Origin: a virus
Lineage: Duplodnaviria > Caudoviricetes
Virus record (IMG/VR): IMGVR_UViG_3300029286_000145
Coordinates: 1-34,268 of that record
Reading direction: 5' to 3' (one strand)
DNA length: 34,268 nt
Under the pieces are notes generated by a model. The model did not search any database. It saw nothing but the letters and a program-made list of their open reading frames with translations, and was not told the origin of the DNA. Position 1 is the stretch's first letter. Every line of letters starts with the position of its first letter. Of this stretch, positions 9,225 through 17,982 are shown in pieces. The position numbers and the translations under genes are program-made.

Positions 9225-9800
9225 TCTAATTCAGAAGAAAACATGATCAATGATATGTTTAGTCGTTGTGATAAAAAGGTATATATGAAATATATTTCCG
9301 AAGCTGATATAGAATTGTTTTCTATCAATGATAAATTTAATGAATTAGAAGCAAGAAAATATTTTTTAAAAGATGAATATAGTATCGAAGTTGTAGAAGT
9401 TGAAGAACAAAAATTAGTATCTTTCTATGATTATAGTAATGATATTGAAGATATTATAGGAAATCAACCGATATTATTATATCATTATACATCTTCAAAT
9501 TTATTGAAAAGTATAGAAAAGAATGGATTGAAAACTGGTTTTAAGAAAACAAATCCATTTTCAAATTCTTATTCTGGGGTTTATTTAACAACGGAAACAA
9601 GTGGTCAAGCGGTATCTAATTATGCAAAAATTGCCGTAAGAAAACATGGTGGTAAAGGAATTCAACTTTATATTAAAACAAATTTTGGAAATATCGAACA
9701 GGATCCAGATGATGCAGATTTAAGAAGTGGTAAATTTCAATTCATAACAGAATATGTATCACCAGAACAAATTATATTTTATGAAGAATATTTTTATTAA
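9174..9800 (+). CDS. MITNFKIFE-tagged ART-like protein (H-Y type)
   Basis: ATGA overlap with the upstream stop. LYHYTS...SIEKNGLK...GVYLTT. Confidence 0.7.
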   Translation: MITNFKIFERSENSLFESNSEENMINDMFSRCDKKVYMKYISEADIELFSINDKFNELEARKYFLKDEYSIEVVEVEEQKLVSFYDYSNDIEDIIGNQPILLYHYTSSNLLKSIEKNGLKTGFKKTNPFSNSYSGVYLTTETSGQAVSNYAKIAVRKHGGKGIQLYIKTNFGNIEQDPDDADLRSGKFQFITEYVSPEQIIFYEEYFY

Positions 9801-9803
9801 ATT

Positions 9804-10292
9804 TTACCATCTTTCAGATTCTTCTTGTTTAAATTTTTTCCTTCTTGCCCAATGAAATTTAATTTCTGGATATCTATTTTTTAACCATTCCATATCACCT
9901 CTACCATATTCTGAACTAATATAAATTTTGGTGATATATTTTGTTATTCCATTCATTTCATCACCAATCACCCTTTCTTCTTGTTCTTCTGGATCTTGAT
10001 CACCTTGAACTTCTTTAAAATAATCATAAGGTTCAAATTTCCATTCTTTACTGATTCTATCATAATCAAAACACATTTTTATTTTATATCTATAATCATA
10101 ATCTCCCATGTATTCTATATCCCATAAATTAGGATTCCAAGTAAATGAAATATTTTCATATCCTCTTCCATAATTACTTTTCTCACCAGACATTAAAACA
10201 TCATCTGATAATATATCACATAAAGAGTCTAAACTTTCTGTAAAATGATATATCTCTCTTTTCTTTATGAATTCTTCAAATAACTTTATCAT
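9804..10292 (-). CDS. MIKLFEEF-tagged ART-like protein
   Basis: IYHFT...ILSDDVL...ISFT...EQEERV (H...S...ExE pattern). Confidence 0.65.
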   Translation of the reverse strand: MIKLFEEFIKKREIYHFTESLDSLCDILSDDVLMSGEKSNYGRGYENISFTWNPNLWDIEYMGDYDYRYKIKMCFDYDRISKEWKFEPYDYFKEVQGDQDPEEQEERVIGDEMNGITKYITKIYISSEYGRGDMEWLKNRYPEIKFHWARRKKFKQEESERW

Positions 10293-11182
10293 ATTTCTTC
10301 AAATGAAATTATTTTTTCTTTAACAGGATTAAATAGAATTACGTTCTTAACCATATTTTCAAATACAATTACACCATCATAATTTTTCGATAACCATTTC
10401 AAACACCCCTTTTGATATTCTATTGCAAACCAATTGTCCTCTAAACGAAATAATCTTTCCGGTGTATCAATTATATAATCATCACCATCATATAATTCAA
10501 CATCATCTTCAAATTCACCGAATTTATCTATAAGTAATTTACAATTTTCTAAATTTTTCGTATCAAACAAATTAAGATTTGGTTTAAGATGAACTTCATA
10601 TAATTTACCTTCTGTTATACCTTTCCATTCACCCATATATTCAGCAGCAAAATATTTTTCAGTAGAAAAAAATGTACCTTTTACTTTTGATTTTAACCAA
10701 TTATTATGAATGTCAGATGGTGAATTGAAATCATGACCCCTAGAAGTCCCGTGATAAACTAACAATGGATAGTCATTCATATCATTACCATACAAAGTAC
10801 TTTCATTAATGTTTTCACCAGTATAAATTAATTCTGTTGGTTGTGATTTACTACCTAAATTCCAACTATGTAATTGTTCTGGATCACCACCTTTAACACC
10901 AGAAAAATAATTTAAATATTTAATCGGTATATTGAATTCTTCTACATATGGACCATATTTTCCGGCATATTCTTTATTTGTTGTTACAAAATCTCTTGTT
11001 CTAAGTCCTGCATTTTTAACATTCGTTCCACGAAATACTTTTATTTTACCATTTATTACATTTTCGGAACCAACCCACCATTCAAATCTTTCTTTATCCA
11101 TTTTTCTTAATGGAATACCAGAAACCTTTCCCTCAAATAACGAATTTTCACTTCGTTCAAATATTTTAAAACTTGTTATCAT
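10289..11182 (-). CDS. MITSFKIFE-tagged protein with two tandem ART-like domains
   Basis: Domain 1 KVFRGT...FVTTNKEYA..Y...ELIY; linker INES; domain 2 LVYHGT...GTFFST..FA..Y...YDGVIVFE. Confidence 0.7.
   Translation of the reverse strand: MITSFKIFERSENSLFEGKVSGIPLRKMDKERFEWWVGSENVINGKIKVFRGTNVKNAGLRTRDFVTTNKEYAGKYGPYVEEFNIPIKYLNYFSGVKGGDPEQLHSWNLGSKSQPTELIYTGENINESTLYGNDMNDYPLLVYHGTSRGHDFNSPSDIHNNWLKSKVKGTFFSTEKYFAAEYMGEWKGITEGKLYEVHLKPNLNLFDTKNLENCKLLIDKFGEFEDDVELYDGDDYIIDTPERLFRLEDNWFAIEYQKGCLKWLSKNYDGVIVFENMVKNVILFNPVKEKIISFEEI
11132..11182 (-). repeat. 51-bp inverted repeat, copy 2
   Basis: Partner of 9174-9224. Its first 27 bp recur exactly at 11650-11676 (-) and with mismatches at 8332-8358 (+). 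Confidence 0.95.
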
Positions 11183-11676
11183 CTATAAATATCATTATTT
11201 GTAGTATCCCAAGTTTCATCATTTTCAACTGATTTAATTTGATTTGGATTAAATGTAACATAAACGGTTGATGGGTCTTGATAATCTACATCATCAATCC
11301 AACTATCTTTTATGTTATTAAATATTACACCATCATATTTATTACTATCTACATTTCCAACAACACCACCTGTGGTTGTTCCATATGGAGTTTCAATATC
11401 ATCCCACTTTTTACCATTACAATCTATTATCAATGGATTTTTGATACTAAGATAGACTTCATATACATACTCACCACTTGCATATCCATCCGCGTTCATA
11501 TAATCATCAGTAAAAAAAGAAGGACCATCAAACTCACTAAATTCTGATTGTGAACCGTGATAAACAACTAAGGGTTTTCCATCTTTATTGACAACCTTAC
11601 TATCACCGAACCACTTCCAAAAATTGTCATTCAGATTGTTATCATTGGATTCAAATATTTTAAAACTTGTTATCAT
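11179..11676 (-). CDS. MITSFKIFE-tagged ART-like protein (polyvalent-protein ART type)
   Basis: FWKWFGDSKVVNKDGKPLVVYHGS...FFTDD...A.GY...VYEVYLSIKNPL...YDGVIF...FNPNQIKS. Alternative start at 11682. Confidence 0.78.
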   Translation of the reverse strand: MITSFKIFESNDNNLNDNFWKWFGDSKVVNKDGKPLVVYHGSQSEFSEFDGPSFFTDDYMNADGYASGEYVYEVYLSIKNPLIIDCNGKKWDDIETPYGTTTGGVVGNVDSNKYDGVIFNNIKDSWIDDVDYQDPSTVYVTFNPNQIKSVENDETWDTTNNDIYR

Positions 11677-11695
11677 ATTCATTATATATTAAAAC

Positions 11696-12595
11696 ATGAT
11701 TTATATAATTGGAAATACATTGTTTGGATATCCCAAAATGGCTGATATTCAAACGGATTACTTCAAGAATTCATTTATACCTTACCTTAAAAAAACAGTT
11801 AGGGAAGGTGATATTCTTGTACACGTTGGAAATATTTTTTACAATAAACAATCAGCACATTTTAAGGTTTTAAAGGATGTTATGAATATTTTCGATGAAC
11901 TATCCACCTTAATGCAGATCTTTCTTCTGAAAGGATTAAATGAAGAATTTTCACTAGATTTATTCAATAATAAAAAGAACATAAAAGTAATTAATGAAAC
12001 AAAAAGAGTAAAGAATATAATATTTATTCCAAGTGGTGATTTTTTTATGCCTGATTCAGATACGGAATATCTTTTTGGTTCATCATCCACTATTGAAATA
12101 CCCGGTGTTAAAAGATCATTTAATGGATTCTATGATAATCAAAAAGGAAACGATATTAATATAAATGTAACATCACCTTATCAATTAAATAAAGATTTCA
12201 TAACGATAGGACACGGATTTTATGCTTTCAATTTAAAACAAAATGATATAAGATTTATTGAAAATAATTATAGTCCAAAGTTTAAAGAAATATACATTGA
12301 TGATTTATCACAATTAAAAGACATTGATACAAAATCCAAAAATTTCATTGATTTGGTAATCGATTCTAAAATTGTTGAATTAACAGAAAACAAAAATAAA
12401 GTTGATATGTTTCTAGCTAAAAACGATTTCAATAATGTATATTTTACTGAAAACACAGATAAAGGTAAAGAAATCGTTATGAAAAACAGAAACGATATAA
12501 GAAATATCCTTATAGATAACGCTGAAGATAGTATGATAGAAGATCTGAATGATATATTCGGAATATATGATTCTGTAAGGAAAGATGACATTTAA
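11696..12595 (+). CDS. gp47/Mre11/SbcD-like metallophosphoesterase fold, catalytic residues degenerate
   Basis: Motif spacing is retained (IIGNTLFG, VHVGNIFY, LKGLNE, NGFYD, TSPYQL, FIENNYSPKF) but the D/H ligands are replaced. Confidence 0.7.
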   Translation: MIYIIGNTLFGYPKMADIQTDYFKNSFIPYLKKTVREGDILVHVGNIFYNKQSAHFKVLKDVMNIFDELSTLMQIFLLKGLNEEFSLDLFNNKKNIKVINETKRVKNIIFIPSGDFFMPDSDTEYLFGSSSTIEIPGVKRSFNGFYDNQKGNDININVTSPYQLNKDFITIGHGFYAFNLKQNDIRFIENNYSPKFKEIYIDDLSQLKDIDTKSKNFIDLVIDSKIVELTENKNKVDMFLAKNDFNNVYFTENTDKGKEIVMKNRNDIRNILIDNAEDSMIEDLNDIFGIYDSVRKDDI

Positions 12596-12629
12596 CAATT
12601 ATTTAATAATTATTTAATAATTATTTAAT
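12590..12629 (+). promoter_or_regulatory. Pho-box-like 11-bp tandem direct repeat
   Basis: ATTTAACAATT ATTTAATAATT ATTTAATAATT ATTTAAT, about 60 bp upstream of the porin-pstS operon. Confidence 0.6.
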
Positions 12630-12687
12630 CTGAAAATCAACACTTTAGGTATAATTTTTTACTATATAAAAATAAAAAATTATACTT

Positions 12688-14157
12688 ATGAAAAAACTAT
12701 TACTAATTTTAATATTTTTATCGTTTGTGTTTACTTCATTTTCACAAACGACAGACAACATAAAAAATGATACAATAATAGAATCAATATCTACCTTAAA
12801 AGATAAAGTGGATGGAGTTCAAGAGAGATTAACAACTGCTGAAAATGATCTCTATAAATTAACCAAACTTAAAATTTCAGGTTATATCCAAGCACAATAT
12901 CAATATTTTGATAATCCTTCGATATATCCAAACAATTATTTTTCTGTACGTAGAGCTAGAGTTAAATTCGTTTATGAACCTATAAACGGAATTAATTTTG
13001 TCTTACAACCTGATTTCTCACCGGGATCAATTGATATAAAAGATGCTTATGTTCAATTAAATGATCCTTGGATAAAAACATTCTCATTATACGCCGGTAA
13101 ATTTAACAGACCAAATTATGAAGTTGAATATTCATCATCTAGTAGGGAAGTTCCAGAAAGATCTATGGTTATAAGATCTTTATATCCGGGTGAAAGAACT
13201 ATTGGAGCAAAATTAGAAATTCGTCCACCAAAAACAAATTTGAAAGTTCAAATGGCTATTTTCAATGGTAATGATGGTTTAACTATTTTAGATGCTAATG
13301 GTGTTAATATAAATCCAGTAAATAAAGACTTTGATAATTATAAAGATTTTATGGGTAGAATTACTTATGGATTTAGACTTGGTAATTTTGGTGTACTTGA
13401 TTTGGGTGTACATGGTTACTATGGTAACATTAAAGCAACCACAACAGAAGTTTTAAATGGTAATTATGAATTAATTAAAACTGTAAATATTGGTGATAAA
13501 CTAACTAAAAAATGGGTTGGTGCAGAATTCCAATTATACATGGATTTGTTAGGTGGTACAACTTTAAAAGGTGAAGTTCTTTATGGTCAAAACGCTTTTC
13601 CGGGTTATATCGGAAATACAACAAGTTTATCATCTATAACAAGTGCAAAAAATGATACATTATTTATAAATAATATAACAACGAATACTAGTAATATAAG
13701 ACCAAATCAAATTAAAAATTTCTTTGGTTACTATGTTTACTTAACAAAAAATATTGGTAAACGTAATCAAGTTGCTGTTCGTTATGATTATTATGATCCC
13801 AACATCGATATTAAAGCGGGTGATATTGCATTAACTAACTACAATAACAATTCAACAAAAACAGATAATAAAATTACCACAACTGGTAATTTTGTAACTA
13901 CTAATACTACAAAAACTGTTGTTAACGACAAATATACAAGTGGTACAAGTGATGTTAAATACGGAACTTGGACATTTGCATATAGTTATTTCTTTACAGA
14001 AAATATTAAAGTTATGTTAGCTTACGAAATGCCAACGAATTCAAAATCGGAAAATCTTCAAACCAAATATACTGTAAATGGTGTCAGCAATACATTAGAC
14101 TATGGTACAGTTTTTCCACAAAATACTTTAACAGTAAGATTACAAGTTAAATTCTAA
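12688..14157 (+). CDS. Outer-membrane porin, phosphate-selective OprO/OprP-like
   Basis: Signal peptide, short coiled coil, KISGYIQAQY, FSVRRARVKF, IKDAYV, AGKF, C-terminal LQVKF; adjacent to pstS. Confidence 0.8.
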   Translation: MKKLLLILIFLSFVFTSFSQTTDNIKNDTIIESISTLKDKVDGVQERLTTAENDLYKLTKLKISGYIQAQYQYFDNPSIYPNNYFSVRRARVKFVYEPINGINFVLQPDFSPGSIDIKDAYVQLNDPWIKTFSLYAGKFNRPNYEVEYSSSSREVPERSMVIRSLYPGERTIGAKLEIRPPKTNLKVQMAIFNGNDGLTILDANGVNINPVNKDFDNYKDFMGRITYGFRLGNFGVLDLGVHGYYGNIKATTTEVLNGNYELIKTVNIGDKLTKKWVGAEFQLYMDLLGGTTLKGEVLYGQNAFPGYIGNTTSLSSITSAKNDTLFINNITTNTSNIRPNQIKNFFGYYVYLTKNIGKRNQVAVRYDYYDPNIDIKAGDIALTNYNNNSTKTDNKITTTGNFVTTNTTKTVVNDKYTSGTSDVKYGTWTFAYSYFFTENIKVMLAYEMPTNSKSENLQTKYTVNGVSNTLDYGTVFPQNTLTVRLQVKF

Positions 14158-14188
14158 AAAAAATAATATGAAAAATATGAAAAAAAAT

Positions 14189-15016
14189 ATGAAAAAAATA
14201 ATACTAACTTTATCAATTTTATTGGTTATGGTGATAACAGCATTTACACCAGCACCAAAACAAATAACGGTAAAAGGATCCGATACAATGGTTATTTTAA
14301 CCCAAAAATGGGCTGAAATCTATATGAAGAAATATCCTCAACAAATTATTCAAGTAACTGGTGGTGGTTCTGGAACCGGAATCGCTGCTCTTATAAATGG
14401 ATCAACAGATATTTGCACATCAAGTCGTCCAATGAAACAATCCGAAATGGAAAAACTTAAAGATCGTTACGCCACTTTCGGAGTAGAAATACCTTGTGCT
14501 AAAGATGGTATCACAATATTCCTAAATGAATCCAATCCAATTAAAGAATTAACCATCAAACAAATAAGTGGGATATATACTGGTAAAATAAAAAATTGGA
14601 AAGAAGTTGGTGGTCCAAATCAATCCATAAAATTATATGGTCGTGAAAATAGTTCTGGAACATATGTATTCTTTAAGGATAATGTAGTAAAGGGTGACTA
14701 TTCACCAAGTTGTCAAACACTTCCGGGTACAGCAGCTGTTGTAAATGCTGTATCAAAAGATAAATATGGTATAGGATACGGTGGTTCAGCGTATGCAAAT
14801 GGTGTTAAACATTGTGCTGTGAAGAAAGATGATAAAAGTCAATCTTATTTAGCAACCGCTGAAACAATCAAAAATAATCAATACCCTATAACAAGGTACT
14901 TATTCATGTACTTATCAAATAGACCAACCGGTGATGTTAAAAAATTCATTGACTGGGTTTTAAGTCCTGATGGTCAAAAAGTTGTTGTCGAAGTTGGTTA
15001 TTTTCCAGTAAAATAA
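14189..15016 (+). CDS. pstS: Phosphate ABC transporter substrate-binding protein PstS
   Basis: ITVKGSDT, VTGGGSGTGI, SSR, YGRENSSGTY, YPITRYLFMY. Start ambiguous among three tandem ATGs (14168/14177/14189). Confidence 0.93.
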   Translation: MKKIILTLSILLVMVITAFTPAPKQITVKGSDTMVILTQKWAEIYMKKYPQQIIQVTGGGSGTGIAALINGSTDICTSSRPMKQSEMEKLKDRYATFGVEIPCAKDGITIFLNESNPIKELTIKQISGIYTGKIKNWKEVGGPNQSIKLYGRENSSGTYVFFKDNVVKGDYSPSCQTLPGTAAVVNAVSKDKYGIGYGGSAYANGVKHCAVKKDDKSQSYLATAETIKNNQYPITRYLFMYLSNRPTGDVKKFIDWVLSPDGQKVVVEVGYFPVK

Positions 15017-15027
15017 AAATTAATTTA

Positions 15028-15059
15028 AAAAAAGACTATCATTTTGATAGTCTTTTTTT
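15028..15059 (+). terminator. Intrinsic terminator after pstS
   Basis: AAAAAAGACTATC-ATTTT-GATAGTCTTTTTTT. Confidence 0.88.
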
Positions 15060-15099
15060 GACTTGATTATATTTATATATACATATAAAACAATAGATA

Positions 15100-15285
15100 A
15101 TGAAAAAACAATATACATTTACAATTGATGAAGAACTATATGAAAAATTTAGAAAACATTCTAAAAAAAGATCTATAAACAAATCACTTTTAGTTGAAAC
15201 CAGTATAAGAATGTGGATGGAAATAGATGAAAAAAAACTTATTAAATCTGATGATTTCTGGAATATACAAAATAACCAATATTAA
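15100..15285 (+). CDS. Ribbon-helix-helix (CopG-like) DNA-binding protein
   Basis: MKKQYTFTIDEELYEKFRKHSKKRSINKSLLVETSIR is a typical RHH pattern. Confidence 0.75.
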   Translation: MKKQYTFTIDEELYEKFRKHSKKRSINKSLLVETSIRMWMEIDEKKLIKSDDFWNIQNNQY

Positions 15286-15991
15286 AAACAATAAAAAATA
15301 TATTGGTTCAGCTATAAATATTGATAATAGATGGTATCACCATAAAAAATCATTATCGAATGGGAATCATCATTCCATAAAATTACAAAGAGCCTATAAT
15401 AAATATGGTAGTGATTGTTTTTGTTTTGAAACTATAGAAGAATGTAATAAAGAAATTCTAATTATTAGAGAACAATATTATATAAATTTATTTGATAGTT
15501 ATAAAAAAGGTTATAATTCGGTCCCAAAAGCCGGTAGTAATTCGGGTATGAAACATACTGATGAAACTAAAGAAAAAATCAGAAATAAAAGTATAGGTAA
15601 TAAAAATATGTTAAACAAAAAACATTCCGATAATACAAAAATTTTGATTAGTGAAAAATTAAAAGGGACAATATTATCTGAAAATACAAAAATAAAAATG
15701 AGTGAATCCAGAAAAGGTAAAATAATGTCGGAAGAAACAAAAAATAAATTAAGTGAAATAAATTCGGGTAAAATATTTTCAGAAGAACATAAAAACAAAT
15801 TAAGTTTATCCCATACTGGTAAAAAACAAAGCAAAGAAACTATAGAAAAAAGAGTTAAATCTAATAGTGGTAAAATAAAAACAGAACAATGTAAAAATAA
15901 AATAAGTGAAAAATTAAAAGGAATTAAAAAAGGACCAATGTCTATTGAACATAAATTAAAAATATCGAAAAGTAGATCTAATAATAAATAA
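15251..15991 (+). CDS. GIY-YIG homing endonuclease with NUMOD3-type repeats
   Basis: SGIYKITN...YIGS, R, REQYYI, GYN; repeated HTDETKEKI/SEETKNKLS. Alternative start at 15227. Confidence 0.9.
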   Translation: MISGIYKITNIKNNKKYIGSAINIDNRWYHHKKSLSNGNHHSIKLQRAYNKYGSDCFCFETIEECNKEILIIREQYYINLFDSYKKGYNSVPKAGSNSGMKHTDETKEKIRNKSIGNKNMLNKKHSDNTKILISEKLKGTILSENTKIKMSESRKGKIMSEETKNKLSEINSGKIFSEEHKNKLSLSHTGKKQSKETIEKRVKSNSGKIKTEQCKNKISEKLKGIKKGPMSIEHKLKISKSRSNNK

Positions 15992-16079
15992 TGTAAAATA
16001 TATAAAACTTCGTTATTTTTTATCAATATATAAAATTGTGGATATTCCACGATTATAAAAAATAATAAATAATTATAAA

Positions 16080-16277
16080 ATGAGTGAATTAAATGGAAAG
16101 GTCAAATTTTTTAACAATACTAAAGGATTTGGATTTATTAAAGACAATGACTCAGACAATGAGTATTTTGTACACGTAACAGGTCTAGTAGACGATATTA
16201 GAGAAAATGATGATGTAACATTCGAAGTTAAAGAAGGTAAAAAAGGCCTGAACGCAGTTAATGTAAAATTGGTGTAA
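16080..16277 (+). CDS. Cold-shock protein (CspA family)
   Basis: GKVKFFN..KGFGFI (RNP1), YFVH (RNP2), GKKGLNAVNV. Confidence 0.95.
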   Translation: MSELNGKVKFFNNTKGFGFIKDNDSDNEYFVHVTGLVDDIRENDDVTFEVKEGKKGLNAVNVKLV

Positions 16278-16307
16278 ATTCAAAATAAATCAATAACAAA
16301 CATTTTC

Positions 16308-16335
16308 AAAAAGGTAACGATTGTTACCTTTTTTT
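16308..16335 (+). terminator. Intrinsic terminator after the cold-shock gene
   Basis: AAAAAGGTAAC-GATT-GTTACCTTTTTTT. Confidence 0.88.
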
Positions 16336-16424
16336 GTGCCTTTTAATTTGTAAAAAATAACCATCAAAAATTTAATATATAGCCATAACGTATAATACGT
16401 TGAAAAAGAAAGAAATACAATTTT

Positions 16425-16958
16425 ATGGCAAAATTAACGTCATCACCAAATAAGAAAATAGAAGAAAGTCACATATTAACAACTGAAAGAGTTAAAGAAA
16501 TACAAGAGAAAGAAAGATTAGCATTACCCCTCAAACTAACTGAAAGACTGTGGTTTAAGAATAATCCCGGGATTCGTAGACCGGGACTAAAATTCGCTAT
16601 GACACCGGATGAAGTTCAAGAATATATCAAATGTAAATTATCCGTGTACTATTTCGCAGAACATTATTGTAAGATTAAATTGGAAGATGGTAGTATTGGT
16701 CAAATGAAACTTCGTGACTACCAAAAAGATATTATAAGATTATATGTTGAAAACAGATATTCGATTTTAATGGCATCTAGACAATCTGGAAAATGTTGTG
16801 AATCAAATAGTTGTCTAACTATAAAAGATTCAAATGGATATATATTTAAAATTTCAATTGGTGAATTATATTATAAAACACTTAAAGAATATAGAAAATT
16901 AACACTTATAGAAAAATCCAAATTATTTCTTTATAAAATATTAAAATATTTAGAATAA
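16425..16958 (+). CDS. terL: Terminase large subunit N-terminal part plus N-half of a split intein (from Cys at 16794)
   Basis: T4 gp17-like EYIKC...YFAEHYCKI...LRDYQ and Walker A SRQSGK, interrupted by CCESNS (intein block A). Confidence 0.9.
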   Translation: MAKLTSSPNKKIEESHILTTERVKEIQEKERLALPLKLTERLWFKNNPGIRRPGLKFAMTPDEVQEYIKCKLSVYYFAEHYCKIKLEDGSIGQMKLRDYQKDIIRLYVENRYSILMASRQSGKCCESNSCLTIKDSNGYIFKISIGELYYKTLKEYRKLTLIEKSKLFLYKILKYLE

Positions 16959-17007
16959 AATCCATTTTGGCTTTAAGCCATTAAAAAAAATTTTAATATA
17001 TAAAAAT

Positions 17008-17982
17008 ATGGAAAATTTAATTACTTGTAAAATATGTGGAAAACAATCTACTAGAATATATGGTAGACATTTAAAACATCATGGATTAACATCTGATGAT
17101 TATTTAAAATTATATCCGGGTGAACCTTTGTATTCCGAATCTGATAACAAAAAAACAACAATAAATGGTGGAATACATATGAAACAAGAAAAATATAAGA
17201 AAATGTTTTCAGAAAAAATTAAAGGTGATAATAATCCAAACAGTAAATCAAAAACAACAGAAGAACAAAGAAAACAAAGAAGTCCTTTTTCAAAAAATTT
17301 TAAAAAATACAAAAATGAAAATGATTGTATTGAATTTTCAAAAAAGGTTTATAAGAATAAAACATCAGAACAACAACCGACCAGAATTGAATATTATTTA
17401 AAAAAAGGATATACTGAAATAGAATCTGAAAAAATGTTATCTGAAAGACAACGAACTTTCACTTTAGAAAAATGTATATTGAAACATGGTGAAGAAATTG
17501 GAATTAAAATATTTAATGAAAGACAAAATAAATGGAGTAAAAAAATAGAAGATCAATATAAAAATGGTATTTTTAGAAAAACGAATAATACTCCCTTTTC
17601 AAAATTAGAAATTGATTTATTTAATATAATAATTGAAAAATTAAATATTAATGATAAAGTTTATTATGGAAATAATCAATATTTTAGAAATTTTAAAGAT
17701 ATCGGAAAAACTTTCTCTTATGATTTCGTATTTGGTAAAAAAATAATCGAATTTAATGGTGATTATTGGCATTGCAATCCTAAAAATTATAATAAAAGTT
17801 ATTATCATAAACATTTAAAAATGTTTGCTAATGAAATTTGGGAAAAAGATAAAATTAGAATAAATTCAATTAAAAATATAGGATATGATGTATTAATTAT
17901 ATGGGAAAGTGATTATAATAATCATAGAAAAGAAACTATTCAAAAATGTATAGATTTTGTAAAAAATATAGAAAAGATATGA
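17008..17982 (+). CDS. Free-standing Vsr/PD-(D/E)xK-like homing endonuclease inside the fractured terL
   Basis: N-terminal CKIC...HLKHH Zn finger; C-terminal SKLE...YDF...IIEFNGDYWH...GYDVLIIWESD. Confidence 0.85.
   Translation: MENLITCKICGKQSTRIYGRHLKHHGLTSDDYLKLYPGEPLYSESDNKKTTINGGIHMKQEKYKKMFSEKIKGDNNPNSKSKTTEEQRKQRSPFSKNFKKYKNENDCIEFSKKVYKNKTSEQQPTRIEYYLKKGYTEIESEKMLSERQRTFTLEKCILKHGEEIGIKIFNERQNKWSKKIEDQYKNGIFRKTNNTPFSKLEIDLFNIIIEKLNINDKVYYGNNQYFRNFKDIGKTFSYDFVFGKKIIEFNGDYWHCNPKNYNKSYYHKHLKMFANEIWEKDKIRINSIKNIGYDVLIIWESDYNNHRKETIQKCIDFVKNIEKI

Noticed and set aside
14168-14200. Triplicated ATGAAAAA(A)T at the pstS start
   Set aside because: Most simply a slippage duplication in A-rich sequence; it affects only start-codon choice.
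16959-17978. Group I intron in terL
   Set aside because: Flanking non-coding sequence is under 50 nt with no intron core, and intein motifs on both sides already explain the split.
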